From positions 73,966,001 through 74,030,000 of the forward strand of contig CM060731.1 in assembly GCA_030704615.1 (NCBI GenBank): a DNA stretch of 64,000 nt, read 5' to 3'. This stretch comes from Takakia lepidozioides. Its lineage: Eukaryota > Plantae > Bryophyta. The translations under genes and the position numbers were made by a program. The notes under the pieces are model-generated. The model had not been told where the DNA came from, ran no database searches, and saw nothing but the letters and a program-made list of their open reading frames with translations. Position 1 is the stretch's first letter. Each line of letters opens with the position of its first letter. Of this stretch, positions 12,352 through 22,178 are shown piece by piece.

Positions 12352-12739
12352 TCAGGGGAGGGCCGGCATGTGCAGCTCCTTGTGACGTTTATAGGAGGGG
12401 TTGCGGTTGCCCAGCGGGGCAAGATGCCGACACTAGCAGCATTCACAGCTGCAGTGACTTGGCCTGGAAAGTTGCTTGAGGGAAACGCTCATTCAGAGGA
12501 TGACATGCCTCCAGGAGAACAGGATGACATGTATGATATGGCGGAGTTGTCTGCCATGGTTGCTCAGACTCCATTGTGTGGCACGAGCAAGGATTTGCAG
12601 TAGGTTGCTGATCGACGGGTGCAACAAGCCTGGGTGGAGGCTTTTGTACCATCAGGAGAGGAGGAGAGTGCGGGGATTGCACCAGGACCACCTCAGTTGT
12701 CTCCATTGGACACCACATCTATTGTGTGGCAGTATCCGG

Positions 12740-13710
12740 ATGAAGGCATTTGTCTTCTGGACTTGTTTGGCGGGATCAGCACCAGATTGGCTGATATATT
12801 ACAGGCAGGTGTACGAGTTCAGCGTTACCTGTATGTGGAGAGGGATGAGACTGCACGACGTATTTCACTTTGTCATGTTGCTCAGTTGGTGCAGCGGTAC
12901 CCTGAGTTGTTGCCGGTGGCTACAGTTTGTGGATATCAGCAGGCCTTGCCAGCAGACATTTCGTTGCTGGGGGCGCAAGATTTGGAGCGGGTTGGCTCCA
13001 TTGATCTGGTAGTGGCAAGTTGGCCCTGCCAAGGGCATTCATCAGCCGGGCATGGCAATGGATTGTGAGACTCGAGGTCGGGTCTGTTTTGGGAGATGGT
13101 GTGGGTTTTGCGCCACTTGCAGCTTCATCAAGCTGTATCTCCAGCATACATCTTAGAGAATGTGCCACTCACAAGTTTCTCGGGCCAGGATGATGGCCAG
13201 TGTGCATCAAGTCCGGTCGTGGCTTGGGTCAGCAGTGTTGTTAGATGCAGCTACAGTGGGGTCACGGGCTCATCGTCCACGGCTATGGTGGACTAACTTG
13301 ATGCCACCCGCACTGCTCAAGCGTGCATTTGATGGGGTGCAGCGGCCAACACATCTCACAGTGGATAGCATTCTGGACACATGGAGGCAATCTCGGCGTG
13401 TGAGACACGATGACCGTTTGCCTTTGGCAGTGGTCAACAAGGTGGATCAACCACGAGCAGCATTACCTACACTGCTCAGCTTCCCAGGATCGCATGCTTT
13501 CCGGGATTGTGGACCTGGCCTCCTGTGGGATGCTCAGTTGCAGCAGTTAGTGGAGCCTAATGCTGACGAGCGTGAGCGGGCAATGGGTTTTACCACTGGT
13601 ACCACGGCGGTGCCGTCTCTTTCTAAGGCAACACATCGTCAGGTGTTGGGGCAAGCAATGGATCTCAATTGCTTGACCTGCATTATCAGCTTGGCTATGG
13701 CTAAGCAACG
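12740..13710 (+). pseudogene. C5-cytosine DNA methyltransferase domain (DNMT3-like) within pol
   Basis: Motifs in canonical order: I LLDLFGGIST, II YLYVERD, III PADI, IV DLVVASWPCQGHS (PCQ 13024-13032), VI YILENV (13156-13164), VIII DAATVGSRAHRPRLWWTNL, IX ERERAMGF, X RQVLGQAMD. One stop (13066-13068) and one frameshift (~13170). Confidence 0.92.
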
Positions 13711-14049
13711 CAGAGTGCGGAGTGCACTTCCCTCGCTGGTCTCTCTGCCTACCGAGACGGTACAAGCAGTGAGTGGGGGCGAGCATGTGAGGACCACGGG
13801 GTGTAGGCATCCATGGCACACGTGGGAGGTGCTCGAGGTTTAGAGGGAGTTGGCAGCCAAGGTGGCGGTGATGGATGAGGCTGGGGATTTTTCTCAGGTT
13901 GAGGAAGTCCTCGAGAATGAGATGATGGGGCAAGATGAGGCCTTGTCATTGACTGAGCAGGTAGGGAGTACTGCTCAAGAGGTTGCAACATAGCAACCAC
14001 TGGATGCGTCCTCTACCTCTAAGCCCACTGGACTTAAGGTTGTAGTTAC

Positions 14050-14300
14050 GGAGGACAATTGGGAGCCTGACATTGGACCCATTGTCACCGGAGGAGAGAG
14101 ACGACATATACGGCGGTTCCTGAGGGCTTACAAGAATTGTTTTGCCTTCAATTTGAAGGACTTGGGAGCACTGAAATGTCAAGAGATTCATATTGAGTTG
14201 GCCACTGACACGCCAATCTTTTGGAAACCCTATAGATACAGTGACATAAAGAGGTCTTTGATTCAGATGAGGACTCAAGATCTCTGGGAGGTCAGGTTGG
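14050..14300 (+). pseudogene. N-terminal remnant of gypsy reverse transcriptase; RT core and RNase H deleted
   Basis: FAFNLKDLGALKCQEIHIELATDTPIFWKPYRYS... is typical pre-RT sequence. It then jumps to the pre-integrase linker; no YxDD or RNase H motifs. Confidence 0.75.
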
Positions 14301-14313
14301 ACCTACAATAGGG

Positions 14314-15819
14314 ATGACTGTAGACGGAGTGTCTGAGGACCCTGAGGCTAGTGATGAGCCAGGTGGTACCAGAGATATACATGAGGATTCGGCTGTGTTG
14401 GACTACCTCCGTACTGGAGATATGGCAGCCACTGTGACTGCCAAGGAGAGGGATCGGATCCTGCAACGAGCCAAGAGGTTCAAGTGGGAGGGGATACACC
14501 TGCTCCGAGTATGGGAGGATGGTCGGGTGAGGATTGTGCCTCACCCCACACAGCGTGCACGGTTAGTGCGGCATACCCATGAGGAGTTGGGGCATTTTGG
14601 AGTGCGATGCACTCACAGTTTACTGCAGGGGCAGTATTAGTGGCGTGGTATGCATACAGAGGTGCAACAGTTCGTGGCTAGGTGCATGGTGTGTGACAGG
14701 GTGTGTGCTTCATTCAACGCCCCTACACCACAGTTGCATCTTTTACCAATCATGGGATTGGGCTACAGGTGGAGTCTTGACTTCGCAGGACCGTTGCCAC
14801 TGACTATGCGCCACCACAGATATGTGTTGGTGATGGTGGAGTACTTCTCCAAGTGGATTGAGTTGGTTCCATTGCCTGACAAGGCTAGTGAGGGGGCCGC
14901 GTATGCATTCTTGGATCGTGTGCTTAGCCGATTTGGTACTCCAGCTGAGGTACTCACGGACCAAGGGAGAGAGTTCTTGGGGGAGTTTCAGGCTTTGTGT
15001 GATAAAGCCTTGATAGACCACCGCACCACTTCTCGGGATCATCCTGAGGCCGATGGCTTGGCAGAGAGAGTTGTTCAGACGGTGAAGAGGGGTTTGCACA
15101 AGTATGGCTTGCAGAAGGGACACCTAGGAGATTGGGATCTTTAGGTTTCTTGGTTAGCCATGGGCTACAGGTTCAGCAAACAAGCATCACTTGCCTCCTT
15201 CTCACCATATTTCCTTCTCTTTGGCCGAGAGCCGGATTTGCCTGCAGCCATTCGTAGGGACACTGCTCAAGTCCTTAACCTTGACGATCCGGACGTGTGG
15301 GTACGTGCATGTGATCAGCGTGCAGAGTTGTTCAAGAAAGTCATGCCCATGGCTTTTGAGAACCTTGCCATTGCACAGCACCGTGATACGTTGAGGTATG
15401 CCACTATACGTGGTGGAGGATATCGTCCTGGGGTTCGGAGGTTTAGCCCTGGTGACTATGTTTATTTGCAGCAGACTGCTCTTACGACTCTGGATGTTAC
15501 TGCAGGGCGTGTTATTCTGAGGGTTCGAGAGGTGTTGCCCTCAGGGGTCGTGATCTTGGAGGGTCGGGATGGCATGACTTGGAAGGACCATGTGCGTAAT
15601 TGTGCGCCATGTCACCTTCCCAATGTCGATGGCAGAGTTGACCCAAACTTGGCAGTGATACCTGCAGATTTGAGGTGCATGCTCTGTGGGTCTGCCAAAG
15701 GGGCAGCCACCATGATGGTGTGTGATCGATGCTCAAGGTGTTGGCATATGGGATGCTTGACACCACCTCTTGATAAGGTTCTTGACGGAGATTGGTTGTG
15801 TCCACACTGCTTGGGATAG
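14314..15819 (+). pseudogene. Integrase with a C-terminal PHD finger
   Basis: HHCC (HEELGH...CMVC) and DDE core (WSLDFAGPL, VLTDQGREF, DGLAERVV), with in-frame stops ending at 14640 and 15144. C4HC3 PHD: CMLC...MMVCDRCSRCWHMGCLTPPL...GDWLCPHC (~15676-15810). Confidence 0.93.
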
Positions 15820-16079
15820 TGGCAGTGGACATGACTGGAGGCAGCTAACAAGACATGGGAGGCCAAGCTCATAGGAGTCAATACATGAAATCCCAAGCTC
15901 AAGTTCACATGTTGCAAGACGGCGACTAACGATGGGGCAACTCTTGCACCCGGCCTCTTGATCTATCGAGTTTGAGTGTAGTAGGGATAGTGGTGGAGGA
16001 CTTAGTGAGGCTATGGTCACTATCATATCTTGTGGCTACCTGGACTTAGAGGGACCTAAGCACCAGCTAGGGGGGCGAT

Positions 16080-16586
16080 TGTGTGGACTAGTGACTGCCA
16101 TAGTGCGCAGCATAGTGGCAGCCTAGTGACTGACTAGTTGTAGCCTAGTGGTTGGACTAGTGGTTGGACCAGTGGTGGACTAGTGATATACTAGTGTGTG
16201 GCGTGCACATGTGTTGTGTGGTTTTGGACAGCGATGTAGTTGTGTAGCGATATGTATGCGCACGACAGCTGTCAAGTTATTTTACCACTAGTGTGAAACT
16301 AGCTAGGAAATAGCTAGTTTTTACATATTGACATTTGGGATTGGCCCAAGTGTCAATCTAGGGGTCAAGGCAGATTTAGGCCTTGGAGTGGTTATCTTCA
16401 CGGCAAGCGCGGGAGGCTCATCTTTCTCGAGTTGAGCCTCACCGCACCTAGCTATGGCGCCGTAGTGTGGATTCCCCGTGGCGTGGGGTGCACTTGGGTT
16501 GACTTGTATTTGAGTGATGAGGTTATATATGCATGAGTTTATGCTTCAGATTTGTGAGCTCGTGCTTGTATTCTTCTTCTTTATCA
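16080..16586 (+). repeat. 3' LTR of the DNMT-bearing gypsy element
   Basis: Follows the PPT, begins TG and ends CA. Its tail is duplicated at 663-737 and its head at 16588-16763. Confidence 0.75.
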
Positions 16587-16587
16587 T

Positions 16588-16763
16588 TGTGTGGACTAGT
16601 GACTGCCATAGTGGGCAGCATAGTGGCAGCCTAGTGACTGACTAGTTGTAGCCTAGTGGTTGGACTAGTGATAGACTAGTGATATACTAGTGTGTGGCGT
16701 GCACATGTGTTGTGTGGTTTTGGACAGCGATGTAGTTGTGTAGCGATATGTATGCGCACGACA
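16588..16763 (+). repeat. Second copy of the LTR head, abutting the LTR end
   Basis: Repeats 16080-16267 with a few substitutions and one fewer ~12-bp GACTAG-type unit. Confidence 0.9.
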
Positions 16764-18756
16764 ATGATTATATTGACAATTCACAATATCGTGATTTCCG
16801 AGTAAATGATAAGTAAATATTCGCGTCCTACTTTGGACACAACTTACTATTTAAAATTGATTGTAAAGACCATGGAATTTCAGTCTTCTTCTGATATTCT
16901 TTTGCTTTGCATGAAAATTGTTATATTGCCAAACCATACGTAACGGTCAATGGATCCGTTGTTCCTTTATGTCCGTCGATTTTTTTTTGGAACCACGCGT
17001 GATCGCGCGTTCTTTCAACTCAAATTTATTACTTTGCTGACATATATTTCATTTGCAGGTATGCCCATATCAACATGTTTTCCATGCCACAAATGCATTT
17101 TCAATTGGCAAAACAATATCGTCTGATATTGTTGACGATGTAGAAATGATCAGGCCAGAAGCTTTCCAACGACCTGACAACTTGTTGTCTTCTCAGACAT
17201 CCATTGTTGTTATGGAGAGTGATCCCATCAGTGTTTCGGATATTGTTTCGAGGCTCAAAATGTCAAAAGGTGAATCCACTGTTAGCAGGGTCGATGATTT
17301 AACTGGGGTTGGCTGCATAGTGGAAAACGACTCTCAATATCTTGGGGAATCCTCTTTGGAGCCGTCTTTATCCCAACACTTTCCACCAGACGCCGTTACG
17401 GGGCATCTACATGAGTTTACCAAACAATTGGTTGCAACTATCGCTGAACTACCTCCTCAACATGTCGTAATTCCAAGCGGGTCACCGGATCACGAGGGCG
17501 GGACACCTCAGCTGCTGAGAAGTCAGGTGATTTAATTCTATTTCATCCATGAGTTTTATTGTTACCGTGTTTTTGTTCATCCTCTGATTTTCTCTCTTTA
17601 CTCCAGGCCATAAAATCTGTAACGTATGACCTTCCTGTGAAGCGGCAACTTATGTGGGGTTGTATTCCAAGGTAATCATTTTTTTCCGTTTGAATTCAGT
17701 TCAGGATGTGTAGAAAGAAAGAAACCGAATTCCATTGCCAACCGTCAGCGAGAAGGTTATTGAACTCACTCATTCGTCGACTGAGGTCGCCATACCAACA
17801 AGCCGGCAAATATTTCTGCACATCCCTAACCCCCCATAATTCCGGATGGTCTTGTGTCAAGGAAACGTCACAGATTACAGCAGTCAGCGGCGGTCGTGTT
17901 CAACGATGAAAAACAACATCTGGCGTTTTGTTATCCCTTCAATATTCACCTGCCTCCAGTGGTAACCCGTGTCGCGGCCCTTTGCCTTGAGGGCAGGGGG
18001 GTCGGGACACATGAGGGGCTGCCCCTGTGGTGGGGGCAGCGGCAGCGATAGGTATGGGGGGCTGAAGCACCCTTGAGTGCCCAAAGGCACTCAAGGAGGC
18101 GGAGGCGCTCACTAGGCGGAGCCCCGCACACCGGGTTGCGGTGGGGGTGGCTCCACAAGGGGTGGTGGTAGCTTAGCGGGACTTAGTGGGGGTGGCATAG
18201 GACTCACCATGGGGGGCGGAGACCTCGTGGTGGGAGTCATAGGGAGTCTTGGGACTCATCACGGTCCATAGGGGCCGTGGTGAGTGGGCCAAGACTCACC
18301 GCGACTCATCACCGGGAGTCGAGGGTTTTCGTGGTGGTTCGCCATAAAATGGCATGGCTGGTTGTGAAACCCCCGCGGACAACTACAGAAGTATATATAA
18401 GGGGAGTAGTGACCCCGAGAACGGTGCAAGACCGTTGGTGACCAAAAACTAGTGAGTAAGCGAGCGAGCCGGAAAGCGACCAAAGAGTGGGGAGCTGTTC
18501 CGGACTGCCATCTACAAAAGGGAATTTCACTAGGCCCAAATAGGTGGAGGGTTTAGTGGGAGAGCAAAGGGGGACCGTTATGTCTCGGTGAGCAGCCGAA
18601 GCTCCAAATTGGCCCGGCGGCCAGGTTTGGGAGTCAGGCGCGCGCATCAAAGCGAGTAACTATGACTTGAAGGGGAGCTTACCGAAGTGAGGTGCGCGAC
18701 ACTTGGTATCAGAGCTTAGAGTTTAGTACGTGATCATCCTTGGGATTGGCCTCATC

Positions 18757-20539
18757 ATGGGGTCGGGCAAGCCAAAGCGAAAGCGGAACGGCCCAAAAGA
18801 TGATGATCATGGTGAGCCCGATGGGGGCGACATGTCACCGAAGCGGCCGTTTGAGGAAGCGACGCAGGTTTCTGAAAACGAGGCCGCTCAAGAGCGGGAG
18901 GAATTCGAGGAGTCGGAGCCCGAGGAATCCCTGAGAGCTTCGACAGACCAACAGATGCCTCCCATGCCGGCAGCTTTTTAGGAAGGGTTGTTGGCGCAGT
19001 TTGGCGGGACGTTGAAAGACGTGTTGAAGGCGGCTAATGCCACTTCCGCTAAGGCAAAGTTTAAGGTGAAGCCTAAGGAACCCGACACCTTCGAGGGCGT
19101 CCGAAATCGGAAGGCACTCAACACCTGCCTCTTGGAGCTAGAGCAGTACTTCCGGGCGGCCAAGTTGAGTGACGAGGATCGGGTGGAAGTGGCTCCCACC
19201 TATTTGAGGGGCTATGCTCAACAATGGTGGCAGAAACGCCTTCACGACCGAGGTCCAAGTCCGGAAACCTTGAACTGGAGTGGGTTCAAGGAATTGATGA
19301 AGAGACAGTTTGTGCCCCTCAACGCATCCTGGCTTGCCCGGGACAAGATGAGGGATTTGAAGCAAACAGACGACATTCGGGGATATGTCCAGGCTTTCAA
19401 TGTGCTTTTGCTCGAAGTCGCGGACATGGCAAACCGGAAATGGTCTTCAACTTTGTGGCGGGACTGGCCCCATGGGCCAGGCGGAAGTTGGAGGAGAAGC
19501 CACCTAAGACTTTGAACGAGGCAATTGAGAGGGCTGAATGTTTCTCAGATGTCCCTAGGGGTGAAAGACAAGGCCGTACGGAGCTGAACCACAAGAAGAC
19601 CCGGCGGGAAGGTGACTCCTTCGACCGGAAAAGAAGTGGGATAGGCACGGGCGACAATGGCACATGGAAATCGAAGGGAGGGCCATCACAAGTCAAGGCG
19701 GCACCCGGTGCTTCGAAAGGAAAAGCGGGTGGAGCGGCCTATGGCGGACAGAAGGCACCTTTGATGGAGTGTGTTTCAATTGTGGGGAGCCCGGGCACAT
19801 GGCCAAGAAGTGCACGAAGCCTCGGCAATTGAACATGACTCGGGCGACCACAGAGCTGTCGGAAGATACCATCAGTCGCTTAGTGGAAGCGGTGGTCGCC
19901 AGGACTTGCAAGGTAGGCAAATATTCTTGTGAGTTGTATCAGGAAACTGGCGCATTGCGTAAAGGGAGTCACTTATTGTTCGTGGATGGGATAATATCCG
20001 GAACTAACGTGTCATTGTTGGTGGACACAGGAGCGTCGCACTCCTTCATGACACCGGCAACGGCACAAAAGCTGGGACTCCCGACAACTGACGTAGGGGC
20101 CTCTATTGAGGTGCGTTCTGCCAAAGGAGAACCGCAATTGATGACGAGGTTGGCGATCGATGTTCCTCTTCAACTGGGGAGTTGGGAGGGACGTGAGAAC
20201 TTCACCGTCTGCGAGATCGATGGAGTGGATCTCATTTTGGGGATGATCTTTTTGAGAAAATCCGGAGCGGTCATAGATGGCCGCAAGAGGGTAGTCCCGC
20301 TGCCATGTTGGAATGGTGGCGAGGTCTTACGAGTTTCGGAAACGCCCAAACTCGTGGGAGGGCAAATAAACCTTCTTTCAGCAAGGGAGTGGGCCGTGGA
20401 GGAGGCACACGATCCCCAATTTTTGCTCTACATTAGAGAAGTGAAGGGAAAGGCGATGGAGAGCCGAGCCCAGATTGGATCAAGGGGATTTTGGAGAAAT
20501 ACCATGATGTGATGCCGGAGGATTTGCCAATCGGCTTGC
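18757..20539 (+). pseudogene. gag: Chromovirus gag and protease (stops and frameshifts)
   Basis: PKEPDTFEG...YLRGYAQQWW...LKQTDDIRGYVQAF, Zn knuckle CFNCGEPGHMAKKC, protease LVDTGASHSF...DLILGM. Confidence 0.92.
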
Positions 20540-21039
20540 NNNNNNNNNNNNNNNNNNNNNNNNNNNNNNNNNNNNNNNNNNNNNNNNNNNNNNNNNNNNN
20601 NNNNNNNNNNNNNNNNNNNNNNNNNNNNNNNNNNNNNNNNNNNNNNNNNNNNNNNNNNNNNNNNNNNNNNNNNNNNNNNNNNNNNNNNNNNNNNNNNNNN
20701 NNNNNNNNNNNNNNNNNNNNNNNNNNNNNNNNNNNNNNNNNNNNNNNNNNNNNNNNNNNNNNNNNNNNNNNNNNNNNNNNNNNNNNNNNNNNNNNNNNNN
20801 NNNNNNNNNNNNNNNNNNNNNNNNNNNNNNNNNNNNNNNNNNNNNNNNNNNNNNNNNNNNNNNNNNNNNNNNNNNNNNNNNNNNNNNNNNNNNNNNNNNN
20901 NNNNNNNNNNNNNNNNNNNNNNNNNNNNNNNNNNNNNNNNNNNNNNNNNNNNNNNNNNNNNNNNNNNNNNNNNNNNNNNNNNNNNNNNNNNNNNNNNNNN
21001 NNNNNNNNNNNNNNNNNNNNNNNNNNNNNNNNNNNNNNN
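20540..21039. other. Assembly gap (500 N), probably hiding RT and RNase H
   Basis: N run between the pre-RT linker and the integrase Zn domain. The round length suggests a placeholder. Confidence 0.95.
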
Positions 21040-22178
21040 ATGTCAAGACATGAATCACATGCAAACAAAAATGTGGTGGAGCGAGAGTAACAAAAAGCAA
21101 CGGGGCTGTTACAACTTGCCGATGCAAGAGGGGACTGGGGAAAGCGTTCTAGATTGGATTCTATGATTGCTATGCGCTGTCAAAAGGATTCGATTTCATC
21201 CCCACCAAGGAGACGGCAACGGCGCAGGAGACAGGGCGACTGTACTTCGCCCACGTCTTAAAGCATCATGGAGTCCCGAAGGATATTGTCTCGGACCGCG
21301 ATCCAAAGTTTACGAGTAAATTTTGGAGGGCACTTTGGAAGAAGATAGGGACGAGGCTGAAGATGAGCACCGCCTTCCGACCTATGACCGATAGCCAAAC
21401 AGAAAGAGTGAATTCCGTAGTGAAGCAGATCTTGCGGAATTACGTGTCGGCAGACCAAACAGACTGGGTGGAACACTTAGACGCGGCAGAGTTCTGTTAT
21501 AATAACACAGAACACTCCGCAACGGGAGTTTCCCCTTTCGTATTGGTCTATGGAAAAGCACCTCTGGTGCCGACAAGTTGGGCCGCCCAGGACATTGAGG
21601 AACCGGCAGTAGCTGCGATACTGGAAGAACGCGAGCGTTTGTTGAAGCTCGCAAAGTACAACATTGCCAAAGCTAGGAAACGGTATGAAAGGCAGGCGAA
21701 TCGGAAGCGGAGGGAAGTGAAGTTTGAGGCAGACAAAGAGGTCTGGTTGAACATCAAGAATTTCCGACTACCTCCGAAAGTGAGTCCGAAGTTCGTACCT
21801 CCGTATGTGGGACCCTTTCGCATTCAGAAGGTTATGAATGAGGATGTGTATGAATTGGAGCTGCCGGCAAACAACAAGGTGCACCCAGTATTCCATGTCT
21901 CCCTTTTGAAGCCTTACTTCAAAGATGAAGCACGTCCGAATCGGCATCAAGTGTTGCGTTCGTCACCTATGCTGTTGGATCATCAAAATGAACCTGAGTA
22001 CGAGGTAGAGGCAATACTTAAGTCGAGGAGGTTCAGGAACCGAGAAACGGAGTATCTCATCAAATGGAAGGGCTATCATCATGTGGAGGCATCTTGGGTG
22101 CGTGCCTCAGAAATGAGAAACGCATCCGAGGCGGTTGCAGCTTTCGAAGGGCGACCTCAAAAGCGGAAGAAGCGTTGA
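21040..22178 (+). pseudogene. Chromovirus integrase with GPY/F motif and chromodomain
   Basis: IVSDRDPKF, TDSQTERVN, YVGPFRI...VHPVFHVSLLK, and chromodomain YEVEAILKSR...EYLIKWKGY...SW. Confidence 0.93.

Larger units (their letters stand above)
663..16763 (+). mobile_element. Decayed Ty3/gypsy LTR retrotransposon: gag-PR-DNMT-(RT/RH deleted)-INT-PHD, with permuted LTR ends
   Basis: Gag with two Zn knuckles, aspartic protease, integrase downstream of an RT remnant (gypsy order), PPT AGGGGGG at 16069-16075 followed by a TG...CA LTR (16080-16586). The last 75 bp of that LTR recur at 663-737. Interrupted by an insertion at 4982-11549. Confidence 0.9.

Noticed and set aside
12740-13710. Host DRM/DNMT3 gene or bacterial contamination as the source of the methyltransferase
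   Set aside because: It is intronless, collinear with protease and integrase inside the element ends, decayed like the rest of pol, and its motif order is not DRM-type.
20433-21127. Poly-X ORFs
   Set aside because: Artefacts of the N gap.
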